The notes under the pieces were generated by a model. It did not search any database. It worked only from the letters and a program-made list of their open reading frames with translations, and was not told the DNA's origin. A stretch of DNA of 64,000 bases. Source: Polyangiales bacterium. Its GTDB lineage: Bacteria; Myxococcota_A; Polyangia; Polyangiales; CBDCBC01. The translations under genes and the position numbers were made by a program. The stretch spans positions 1,670,100 to 1,734,099 of the forward strand of contig OZ243942.1 in the NCBI GenBank assembly GCA_965214225.1, read 5' to 3'. Below, piece after piece: positions 39,966 through 52,227 of this stretch (position 1 is its first letter; every line of letters begins with the position of its first letter).

Positions 39966-40487
39966 TCAAAGAGAGAGTCCGTAATGATCCGCTAAAAGCT
40001 GCGCGACGTGATCTACATCTACGCGTGGTAGATCATGACCTATTCGGAGCTCGCGATCTAACCAAATTTGTTCGATTTCGGCTCGCTCGCTTTCAGTGAG
40101 CGGTGCCGCGCTTTGAAGGGTTAGTTGTAGCTCTTCTTGCGAAAAGAAAGCCTGAGATTCCCAAGTTTCGGCACTCCCCTGCACGCGTTCCCATACTTCT
40201 TCTGTCTATCCGTAGGCCAGCTCGCGCTGCAGTTCACCGGCGAGCCAATGGCCGAAAGCGAAGCTGCCCGCGGCACTCTGGTAGACGAGCGCGATCACCT
40301 CTACGCCCAGCTGCTGCGAAAGGAGTTGCAGCCGAGAAAAGCTCAGATCGAAGTCACCAGCTTTCCTGCTTACGGTGCAAAACCCTGAGCAGGTGTCTTC
40401 CAGTTGCTCATCCGCCGAAAGGAGTCCGCTCTCAAGTAAAGCTTCTGGTTGTGTCCTGACAAAATAGGCATAGTATGAGGACATCAT
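39966..40487 (-). pseudogene. hypothetical protein interrupted by an in-frame TAG (40206-40208)
   Basis: GGAGG RBS plus ATG at 40487; ORFs 40206-40583 and 39966-40184 share one frame across a single TAG. Confidence 0.6.
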
Positions 40488-40642
40488 TCCTCCACATTGT
40501 TCATTGTTCGGTTCGAACGGTGGTCTCCGATGGGGTGTAGCCATCGAGTAGGGGCAAGTCAAAGTACTGGAGCCGCTCATCAAGGCATTGGTCGAGCAAG
40601 AGGTTCTTCATAAACTAACCTGGGAGCGAGAGAGAGCCCACC

Positions 40643-40830
40643 TTAAAATGAGCCTGAGCCTCTTGGCGAAGTCGACTACGCTCCCCCTTTCCTGAGCGCC
40701 TTCCAGCATCCCACACAGGCCCGAGGGCAGACGCTTTGCGAGCGAACGTTTCGGGGGGACCGCTCAAAGAGCGGTGGGACCCGCTAAGAGAGCCGCAAAG
40801 CGTCTGCCCTCGGGCCTGCCACGAAGCCGC
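40643..40830. repeat. repeat family B, diverged copy 4
   Basis: aaatgagcctgagcctcttggcgaagtcgactacg plus hairpin ggcccgagggcagacgc...gcgtctgccctcgggcc. Confidence 0.75.
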
Positions 40831-41105
40831 ATCTGCCACGAGCCGCATCGCCAGAGGGGTAGGCCTCAGAGGTAGGATAGTTCAGACCTGCCCCCAAGTT
40901 AGATGCGATCGCCCTGGCGAATACGGTACCAAAATCGGGGCGTTTGGCGCGCACACGGATTCCCGTGCACGCAAGACCGTGGCACGACACCCGTCGTAGT
41001 TTTCTGCAAATAGCCCGGAGCAGAGCGTCGCTCACTGCGGTTATTCGACGAGAGGCTCTTTCAGGCCACTCACCATCCACGGCCTAAGTTCACAAGACGT
41101 GGACC

Positions 41106-41245
41106 CAATGCTGTTCAGTTAAGGACAATGCTGTTCACTTGAGTCAGTTTTCGAGCGCCCCCGCAGCGAAAAACCGGAGCGTAGCCCATCTACGTGAGGA
41201 TTTTTCGCGAGGAGGAAAGCCGGAAAATGGCGTAAGTGAACATTG
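41106..41245. repeat. palindromic repeat family A, copy 4
   Basis: caatgctgttcagttaaggacaatgctgttcac...gtgaacattg; core as at 2697. Confidence 0.8.
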
Positions 41246-41349
41246 AGACGTGGACCGCGATGCGCGGATGCCCGATGCTCCGAGACGGCTGCAGCAGCAT
41301 GAGGTTGACCTCGAGATCTGTACACCTTATCGTCATATTTCCAGGAAAT

Positions 41350-42543
41350 ATGACGACGCTCTACACAAGACTTCTTCAGCCTCCCAAGAACAGCTTCTTC
41401 TTATGGGAATGCGCGGGACCGGCAAGTCACTGTGGGTGTCACATACGTACGCTGATGCAGAGCGCATTGACCTACTCGACGAGGGGCAATACCAGCGCTA
41501 CCTCGCGGAACCCAATCGGTTTGCAGAAAGACTTAGGAGCATCGCGACCCAGAACAGCGATTCACGGACTCCGCGGTGGGTGGTGGTGGACGAGATTCAG
41601 CGACTGCCTCAACTCCTCAACGAGGTGCACCGAGCGCTCGAGACCTATCCGCTTCATTTCGCACTTCTGGGATCAAGCGCCCGTAAGCTAAGGCGGGCAG
41701 GAGTCAATCTGCTCGGCGGACGCGCCCTTCTTCGAACCATGTATCCATTCTTGCCGATGGATGGAGGAAGAGTTTTCACTCGATACCGCCCTGGAGCTCG
41801 GAACCCTTCCTTTGGTCGCCTCCAGTCCTTCTCCGAAAGACCAACTGGAAGCATACGTGCAACTTTACCTAAAGGAGGAAATCCAGGCAGAAGCTTTGGT
41901 GCGAAATCTTCCGGGATTTGCTCGCTTCCTTCCGATTGCCGCACTCTGTCATGCTCAAACGATAAACCGTCATGCTCAAACGATAAACCTTTCCAGCATC
42001 GCCCGTGACGCAGGCATCGCGAGCACGACGGCGGAGGGATACCTCAAGATCCTGGAGGATACCTTGCTTGGGTTCCGCCTGCCAGGGTTTACGGCCAAGT
42101 TGCGAGTCAAAGAGCGGGTCAATCCCAGATGGTACTGGCTGGACGCTGGAGTGGCTCGCGCTGCCAAGAACGCTTGGGGCCGGCCGTTACAAGAGGAATG
42201 CGGAACGCTATTTGAAGGATACGTCGCCATGCTGTTACGTGCCGCTAAGGACTACAAGATCCTCGACTACCAGTCCTTGGCGTTCTGGTCGCTGGCCGGT
42301 GGGATGTTGGAAGTTGACTTCATCCTTGAGCGTACACGCGAGCGTATTGCGATCGAGGTCAAGCATGTGCGTGAGCCTCAGTCCAAACACCTTAGGGGAC
42401 TCCGGGCGATCGCGGAGCTTAAACATCTACGTAGAAGAATTCTCGTCTATCCAGGCACAGAAAACCGCAGGACGAAAGATGGGATTGAGATACTTGGCTT
42501 CCCATCCTTCGTCGAAGAAGTTCGCCTAGGCTTACAAACTTAG
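41350..42543 (+). pseudogene. frameshifted AAA_14 ATPase with DUF4143 domain
   Basis: GMRGTGKS (Walker A), VVVDEIQR (Walker B), LGSSARKL, LFEG, EVDF, AIEVK; frameshifts near 41400 and 41760. Confidence 0.8.
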
Positions 42544-42616
42544 TGCTGTTCACGTAGGTCCTAATCTTCGAACGAACCGGCTGCTCAGACAGAGGCACCA
42601 TGCTACTCTGCGCAGG

Positions 42617-43162
42617 ATGAACGTTGAGTCACCTCTCGAACGCGAAGGCATTCACACCATCGGACTCATCGTACGGGACAAGCCCGGCGTGTTGGTGCGG
42701 GTGGCCTTGGTGTTTGCACGTCGCGGCTACAACATCGAGAGCTTGGTGGTCAGTCCAGGTGTGAAAGAAGGGTTTTCGCGGATGACAATCACCTCTTCCG
42801 GTGATCCTGCAACCCTCGGGCAAATCATCAAGCAACTCAACAAACTCGTTGATGTGGTCTCCTCCGACGACTACACAGGCACATCAGCCATTCAGATGGA
42901 GATTGCACTCGTCAAGGTCGGAGCGCCGCTGGATCAGCGCACGCAAATCCTGCAGATCGCAGAGCACTACCACGCGAAAGTGGTGGACTACCAACGCCAG
43001 TCGCTGATCCTCCGCGTAGCCGGCTCGAGCGAAAAGCTTGACCACATGGTCGACCTGCTCAGTCAGTACGAGATTCTGGAAATGGTGCGCTCCGGAAAGA
43101 TTGTGATGACGCGAGGACGCGAAATAACCGAAAACCTCGCCGAGTCACTCGGAGCAGCCTAG
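42617..43162 (+). CDS. ilvN: acetolactate synthase small (regulatory) subunit
   Basis: ACT domain DKPGVL.RV...FARRGYNIESL, QIIKQLNKLVDV, E.VRSG. Confidence 0.95.
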   Translation: MNVESPLEREGIHTIGLIVRDKPGVLVRVALVFARRGYNIESLVVSPGVKEGFSRMTITSSGDPATLGQIIKQLNKLVDVVSSDDYTGTSAIQMEIALVKVGAPLDQRTQILQIAEHYHAKVVDYQRQSLILRVAGSSEKLDHMVDLLSQYEILEMVRSGKIVMTRGREITENLAESLGAA

Positions 43163-43239
43163 AGAGCGACGCGTTTCATCTGAAATAAATAAGCGATGCA
43201 ACTTCATGTGAAGGCACATCAAAGGAACCAGGAGGCGCG

Positions 43240-44379
43240 TTGCTAGACGATTTTTACGGGCCGCTCTTGCTGATGCGCATGCCAACACCTGTGACGCACA
43301 ACAAGGCCGGCGCAAACTATAAGAGTGAGGTGACCCATCTAGCTTACTCACCCCGAGAGGCTCTGGATGAGTGGATCCAGATCTGCGAAGGGATCTGCGC
43401 GCTTGGCGGCGATGCGCTCTTTATGTTTGAGGAAGAAGACGCTCTCTTCTTAGACCATGAAGTGCTGCAGATCGATCCCGAAGGGCAGGTCGCCCTGCCG
43501 CACGGTGGTCAGGCTCTCGGCCACGTGGATCAGGTGCTGACGGGGCGCGTCTTCACAGCCAACGGGCCATGGGTGCGCGTAGTCGATGGCAAGTTACAGG
43601 CGCTGCTCCCGCAGATGCTGCCTCACCGTGTCGATGAACTTCCTTATTACCACGAGATGCTTCGGTTATTGGCAGACGAGACACGGCTTGCGCTCCGAGT
43701 AGAGCAAAATCCTCACCGATGGGAAGGCTTGGCTGATGTGGCGGTGGTGGAGGGTACAGCCTGCATGACCTACACCCGCAAAGGACACTACGACTCGGCG
43801 TCTCCCGGCAAGACGTTACGCTCGTCGCGCGAGGGAACAAATGCCGCCGCGCGATTTGGTGAAGTCCGTGATGCCCCATGTCTGGCGCTCAAGTACCCCC
43901 ACTTTCACGGAGACACAGCCCATTTTGCCGTGAGAGTAGCCGGTGGCGAGGTGGCCACGCATCTCTTCCAGTACCCTGGAGCCTTCGATCAGGCCGAACT
44001 TGAGCAGCTGCGCCGGGCCCTCCAGGGACGTATCACCTTCCATCCCATCGGCCCAGACGATGCGGTGGATGCTTACGCGGCTAACTCACGCCAGGTCCAG
44101 AACGGACTGCTCGTACCGGAACAGGTTAGCTCCTCGTTTCGTCAGCAAATCAGCACCCTGGACCTCGAGGTGCTTCCGGTGAAACTGGAAGAGTTATTTG
44201 GCAAAGCGGGTGGAGGCCCCGCGTGCGCAACCCTCCAGCTGCCAAACAACCTCGCCGTTCCCAAGGACTCAAAGCTACGCTACTCAAACTCACGCCACGC
44301 CGTCCAGCAGCATCGCGCACGCGTCCCCCAACGCGTGGACGTCGATACCGCCTTCTTCAAAGGACGCCAGCGTGGCTAA
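43240..44379 (+). CDS. pentein (amidinotransferase/deiminase-like) superfamily protein
   Basis: VFTAN, WEG, FHGDT, YAANS, ELFGKAGGGPACAT with catalytic-type His and Cys. Confidence 0.7.
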   Translation: MLDDFYGPLLLMRMPTPVTHNKAGANYKSEVTHLAYSPREALDEWIQICEGICALGGDALFMFEEEDALFLDHEVLQIDPEGQVALPHGGQALGHVDQVLTGRVFTANGPWVRVVDGKLQALLPQMLPHRVDELPYYHEMLRLLADETRLALRVEQNPHRWEGLADVAVVEGTACMTYTRKGHYDSASPGKTLRSSREGTNAAARFGEVRDAPCLALKYPHFHGDTAHFAVRVAGGEVATHLFQYPGAFDQAELEQLRRALQGRITFHPIGPDDAVDAYAANSRQVQNGLLVPEQVSSSFRQQISTLDLEVLPVKLEELFGKAGGGPACATLQLPNNLAVPKDSKLRYSNSRHAVQQHRARVPQRVDVDTAFFKGRQRG

Positions 44380-44748
44380 GGGCAACGAGCTCGTCTAAAC
44401 CTCATCCCCGCGGTTCAACTTCGCTTCCAACCTTTAGACAGGACCGGATGCCCCTGGTTGGGTGCGATTTCGTGCGGTTTATCAATGTCGGGCATCGCAC
44501 GAGGAGACAGCAAATCGGCAAGGTGTGAGGCTCTCGTTCGAGTGGGCGAACCGAAACGACTATCGGCGGCTCTTCGTGGCACGATAGACGGGCGAGCCCT
44601 TGACTGCCGTGACGGCTGTACAGACGCTCGAAAGTTTCGTCCACTCGGGGCACATGTTGGGGTCGGATGCAAAACCTCCTCGAGAACCGACTCACCGGGG
44701 ACGGACCGACGCTGGGCCCGGGCTGGGGCTTTGTGCTACCGTCGCAGC

Positions 44749-44988
44749 ATGTCCGATGATTTTGAAGCGCGAGCGAGAGCTCGGCGCCGTGCGAGTGACT
44801 GGACAGTGGGCACGTCATCACACCAGGAGCTTGAGGAGCAGGACTTTCTTTTTTGGCAAGCTCAAAGCCTTGAGGTGCGGCTTGCCACCTGTTTCGAGCT
44901 AAGTCGACAAGCAGAGTGGCCTTCGGATGCTCGTAACCCACAGGCCGCCTCGCGAGCTCCGTTTGGAGTCCGTTCTTTTGAAGAGTAA
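44749..44988 (+). CDS. small hypothetical protein upstream of a nucleotidyltransferase
   Basis: D..FW..QS.E.RL...ELS pattern; overlaps the NTase gene. Confidence 0.55.
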   Translation: MSDDFEARARARRRASDWTVGTSSHQELEEQDFLFWQAQSLEVRLATCFELSRQAEWPSDARNPQAASRAPFGVRSFEE

Positions 44989-45463
44989 CGACTTTCTCGC
45001 CGAGGTGACGGATCTCGCTGATTTAGTGCGCGCCTTTTCTCAGCACCGCGTTAGCTATCTTGTCGTTGGCGGATACGCCGTAGGCATCCACGCGAGGCCA
45101 CGCGCAACGAAGGACCTTGATCTGTGGCTGGAAAGCAGTGCCGAGAACCGAGAGCGCGTTGCTCAAGCTCTAGCGGCTTTTGGCGCACCCAACACGGTTG
45201 CAGAGAGCCTCAGGAAGGCAAAGGACGACGAAATCGTCTGGTTTGGTCGCCCTCCCAATAGGGTGGACCTTCTCCTTCACCTACCAGGTGTGGAGTTTGA
45301 GCAGGCTATCAAACGCGCGATCTACGTGCGATCCGGGCACGAGCGCATACCCGTGATCGGCGCGAAAGACCTGATGCGTAACAAGCGGGCTGTCGGCAGA
45401 GATCAGGACTTGGTGGACGAGAAGAACATCCGGCGAGCGCTGAAGCTTTGCCAGAAAGACTAG
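44927..45463 (+). CDS. nucleotidyltransferase (DUF6036-like)
   Basis: YLVVGGYAV..HARPRATKDLDLW, NK.AVGRDQDL.D; true start possibly 44978. Confidence 0.85.
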   Translation: MLVTHRPPRELRLESVLLKSNDFLAEVTDLADLVRAFSQHRVSYLVVGGYAVGIHARPRATKDLDLWLESSAENRERVAQALAAFGAPNTVAESLRKAKDDEIVWFGRPPNRVDLLLHLPGVEFEQAIKRAIYVRSGHERIPVIGAKDLMRNKRAVGRDQDLVDEKNIRRALKLCQKD

Positions 45464-46262
45464 TAAATACCGTGCAAAGATCGAGATCGGAGATAACCTT
45501 ACGGGGAACACGCTCCGTTTTATCTCAACCCATTCGCTGTTCAGTCGGCCGTGCGTGTAGGTTTCGTTGAGGTGGGTCGCACGTACTTTGAAAGCGATGG
45601 CAGCGAGCGCATGCTCGCGCATCGCGTGGTATTTCCCGCCAGGTATTACCAGGCAACCCCGCACCCCTGCGACAGCACCGGTTCTTGGACAGCGGCGATT
45701 AGATCATCGCTTCTACCAGCCGCGTCGATAATCCTGAATCGAGTGACCAGGCCTGCTTCTGCTACGCGAACCGTGGCTACGATACTGTCCGTGCCCCGTT
45801 GCTCATAAGTAGAGGTTACCGAAGGCTAGATATGTTGCCTCATAACTGGGTTACCGAAGGTAAGTGTTCAGCCCCCCTCGAAGGCAGAAAAACCACGGTT
45901 TCCGAGGATGCTCCAGAATCGGCTTCGTCCTCCGGCGTCGTCGTTACGCACCCAAGTGCGCGCCTCCCAGTCGTGTGGGCGCGCTCGATTCTGAAACACC
46001 CTCGAAAACCGCATAGGCTTGGGGGGTGAACGCTTACTACCGAAGCCCGGGTCATCATATCGCGGATCTTAGCACGAAGGGTGCGCCGCAAGTCGATGGG
46101 TTAAAGGTGGCTAAGAGTTCGGCGTACCGGCGCTTGTCGTCTTCGAAACCCTCGCATTTGAGTAGACGTTCAAACGGTGTTTTGGGCTCCCCGTAACGTT
46201 TGACGATTTTGGCGCCAACCCACACTTTAGATTGCAGCTTCACCAGCTTGAGCCGTATGCCC

Positions 46263-47327
46263 GGGTGGCTTCAAGGGGTCAGTGCAACAGGGTAGGAAAT
46301 AGTATATGAATGCATCTGTTTAGAAGGAGTCATGGATGGGTTATCAACGCCTAAGTTTTGAGGAGCGTGAACAAATCGCGTTGGGGAGGGCAGCCGGTGA
46401 GCGAGCCGGTCACATCGCCCAGCGCCTTGGCCGAGCTCGAAGTACGGTCAGTCGGGAGCTTAGCCGTCATACGCATGCGGCGTATGGCTATCGAGCGCTA
46501 TGGGCGCAGCGGCGAAGCATCAAACAGTCTAAGCGGCCCAAGATGCGTAAGCTTGACAGGCATGCTCAGCTATGCGCGATGGTGCGCACACGGCTACAAA
46601 AGCGATGGTCGCCAGCGCAAATCTCTGCCAGCCTCAAACAGATGAGCCAGGCCCCCGAACGCAACGTGTCGGCCGAAACCATCTATCAGAGCCTGTATGT
46701 GCAAGGGCGAGGCGTGTTTCGTAAGGAGCTACACACAGCGCTGCGTCGAGGTCGGGCCAAACGACGAGCGCAGTGCGCGACAAAACCCTCAAAACTACGT
46801 CACATGGTGATGATTTCCGAACGCCCAGCGCAGGCCGAAGACCGGGCCGTGCCCGGCCACTGGGAAGGTGACCTTATCATCGGCAAAGGCCAAAAATCAC
46901 AGGTGGCCACCTTGGTCGAACGCCGTAGCCGCTACCTGATACTCGTGCATCTGCCCCATGACCGACAAGCGCACACGGTGGCCTCGGCTATCCGAAGACG
47001 CATGGCCTTCTTACCTCAACAGCTTAGGCGCACCCTCACCTGGGACCAAGGCCGTGAGATGGCTTTACATCCGTGGTTGGCGAGGACCACGGGTCTGCAG
47101 ATTTATTTCTGTGACCCCCACAGCCCTTGGCAACGCGGCACGAGCGAGAACACAAATGGCTTACTCAGGCAATACATGCCTAAAGGAACCGACCTGTCCG
47201 TATTCAGCCAACGCGACCTGAGCCGCATTGCGCGTGAACTCAACACACGGCCCAGAAAAACCCTCGACTGGTCCACACCTGCACAGTATTTTCGAGACCG
47301 TGTTGCGCTAGCCGCTTGAAGCCACCC
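46263..47327 (+). mobile_element. IS30-family insertion sequence
   Basis: Imperfect 26-bp TIRs ggtggcttcaaggggtcagtgcaaca / tgttgcgctagccgcttgaagccacc around the transposase. Confidence 0.9.
46336..47319 (+). CDS. IS30-family transposase
   Basis: IAQRLGRARSTVSREL, WSP.QI, GHWEGDLIIG, TWDQGREM, PWQRGTSENTNGLLRQY. Confidence 0.95.
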   Translation: MGYQRLSFEEREQIALGRAAGERAGHIAQRLGRARSTVSRELSRHTHAAYGYRALWAQRRSIKQSKRPKMRKLDRHAQLCAMVRTRLQKRWSPAQISASLKQMSQAPERNVSAETIYQSLYVQGRGVFRKELHTALRRGRAKRRAQCATKPSKLRHMVMISERPAQAEDRAVPGHWEGDLIIGKGQKSQVATLVERRSRYLILVHLPHDRQAHTVASAIRRRMAFLPQQLRRTLTWDQGREMALHPWLARTTGLQIYFCDPHSPWQRGTSENTNGLLRQYMPKGTDLSVFSQRDLSRIARELNTRPRKTLDWSTPAQYFRDRVALAA

Positions 47328-47429
47328 CGTCTCTCGTCTGATCTTTCCGGGTCGGCTGAGCATCCGTATCACCGACTTTCGGTGACAGCCTAGCGTCGCG
47401 CTCATCTCATCGAGTATCCATCGTTTCTC

Positions 47430-48185
47430 TTGCCGAGTACTCTCCTTTGTCCACCCGGCGACGCTACGCAGCAGATGCTTTCACTGGATAGCAAGACGCT
47501 ACGGCGCAGCTTTGACGTGGCCGCCGGTCAGACAGCGCTGCATGTGCTTTGCGTCTTTGCCACAGAGAGCCAGACGGTGCTTGCCTCGCGCAAGAGTGCA
47601 GGCAAAAAGAGTGAACTGCAGACGCTCAAGGTGCTGCTCGGGGAGCTTGACCTGCAGGGCAGGACGGTGACCATTGATGCGGCGGGCTGCCAAAGCAGCG
47701 TTGCCTCTGAGATAGCGACGGGTGGGGGCGACTATGTGCTCACGCTCAAGGGCAATCAGAAGCGCTTACATACCGATGCAGCGCAGCGTTTTGCCTTTGC
47801 TGAGCGGTGTGGGTACCAAGCCACACGCACGGGCAAACCGTTAGCTCACACCGGCGAGCAGCAAATAGAAAAGGGCCACGGGCGCATTGAACAAAGACGC
47901 ATTGAAGTGCTTAGCACCGAGGGCGCATGGTTTGACCCGCACCGAAAGAAATGGAGCAGCGCGCAAAGCGTGGTGCGCATCACCGCACACGTCCAGCCCC
48001 AACAAATGCGTAGAGGACGCGGCTAAGCTGCCCGGGATTGAGAGCTGCTCGGGATTGATAACAGAAAACACCCGACCTATCGTGTCATGTGACGCAATAC
48101 CGCCCTCAAGCGCAAGCAAGCCTTTGAGCCAGCCCTCTTTTTGCCGCCCATACTGCTCGACCGCTATCCTTTTTGAGGATGTCAT
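47430..48185. mobile_element. ISAs1-family transposase fragments in opposite orientations
   Basis: Plus strand LDSKTLRRS, TIDAAGCQ, DYVLTLKGNQ, EKGHGRIEQR; minus strand WLKGLL.L..GIASHDTIGRVF. Confidence 0.8.
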
Positions 48186-48199
48186 CCTCGGTCAGATCA

Positions 48200-48603
48200 C
48201 CAGGGACCTAGCCCAGTGATGCAATACGCCGTCTAGAATACGCCGTCTAGATCGCGTGGGGTTCGAGCGCGCCCGTAAGCGACGGCGAGGCCCGTACATT
48301 CAGGTACGTAACGAGTCGGTCCAGGGACCTAGCCTAGTGATGCAATACGCCGTCTAGAATACGCCGTCTAGATCGCGTGGGGTTCGAGCGCGCCCGTAAG
48401 CGACGGCGAGGCCCGTACATTCAGGTACGTAACGAGTCGGTCCAGGGACCTAGCCTAGTGATGCAATACGCCGTCTAGAATACGCCGTCTAGATCGCGTG
48501 GGGTTCGAGCGCGCCCGTAAGCGACGGCGAGGCCCGTACATTCAGGTACGTAACGAGTCGGAGCGCGGACGTAAGCCGAACCACACGCGATCTAGACGGT
48601 GTA

Positions 48604-48605
<2 letters not shown>
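48200..48605. repeat. 121-bp tandem triplication of a family-A-like hairpin element abutting the gyrB stop
   Basis: Units start at 48200, 48321 and 48442; the last copy closes with cgaaccacacgcgatctagacggtgtatt. Confidence 0.9.
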
Positions 48606-51273
<2,668 letters not shown>

Positions 51274-51585
51274 TCACGTGGTCCACGAGAAGGAGACCCA
51301 AAGGAAGCTCCCGGTTTTGCAGCTCGGCATCGGACTGGAAAACTCAATCTCAAGAAAGCACGCCTTTCACAATGACAATAGCATGAGGGTCTCTAGTACC
51401 AGCCCGCTCTCATCGGCAGGACCGACGGCAGCTGCTGCTCGAGCGCGGCGACAAACTCAAACTGTCGCACCCTCTCTTCAGTTAGCACTTCAGACGGGGC
51501 ACCATAGCGTTGCTAAACGGCCGATGCAAGGCGTGCCACTCCCATTTCATCACGTTGAGTTTACCTGCCTTTTTGATCTGTGGGA

Positions 51586-52176
51586 TCACTTTTTCGGATT
51601 GGAGAACCCTCGAAGCTCGGCGTGCACTTTTGTGGGTGCATCTGCAGACTGCAGCTGCGTGTCGAGGCGCACCGGCCCCACATTGGCGCAGTACGTTGTT
51701 TGGACATGTGCCTCTTTCAACTCCTCGTCGATTCGCACGCAGTCCGCGAATGTACCTGCAGGCGTTTGCGTGGGCGCAGCAAGTGCGTGAACGCGCGCCT
51801 TGCCGCCTGCCACCGTCTCCCATTGCTGCCCGTCCTTGACGGGGTTGCGCAGCAGCCATACGCCATACTGAGGACGCCAAATCCCCTCGTGACGCACCTC
51901 GTAGCGCGTTAGCTTTTGCCCCACTTCAACTTCAGCGAGGCCTCGCTCCACCTTGACCACGCGGGTGACCGCCAACGTGCTCTGCTTCTCCCCTAGGTCA
52001 ACGTCGTAGGCCCAGGCATTGCCTTTCTCGAGAGGGAACAGGTTGGCTGCACGGTTGGTAGCGACGGTGCGGGGCGCTTCCACGTCAGGAGCCTTACCGC
52101 CGCAGCCGGGTGCTGCCAGAGACATGAGAAGAGTCGCGGCGATCTTCAACCTAGTTAGCGCAGATGAATGATGCAT
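51586..52176 (-). CDS. hypothetical lipoprotein
   Basis: APG-C lipobox; LFPL..GN.W.Y, TPAGTF.DC, YC..VGPV motifs. Confidence 0.7.
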   Translation of the reverse strand: MHHSSALTRLKIAATLLMSLAAPGCGGKAPDVEAPRTVATNRAANLFPLEKGNAWAYDVDLGEKQSTLAVTRVVKVERGLAEVEVGQKLTRYEVRHEGIWRPQYGVWLLRNPVKDGQQWETVAGGKARVHALAAPTQTPAGTFADCVRIDEELKEAHVQTTYCANVGPVRLDTQLQSADAPTKVHAELRGFSNPKK

Positions 52177-52227
52177 AGCGGGCTAGCTGTACGTCACGAG
52201 CGGTAGTGGCACAAGCAGGCGCAGCCT

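Larger units (their letters stand above)
45798..47430 (-). mobile_element. remnant of a TTGCCTCA-type DDE IS interrupted by IS30
   Basis: End repeats ttgc(c)tcataa...ggttaccgaagg at about 45798 and 45835; C-terminal KLQSK...KTPFERL (46055-46243); N-terminal LDEMSATLGCHRKSVIRML (about 47330-47415). Confidence 0.65.

Noticed and set aside
48200-48560. CRISPR array
   Set aside because: Units are identical along their whole 121 bp with no unique spacers, and there are no cas genes in the window
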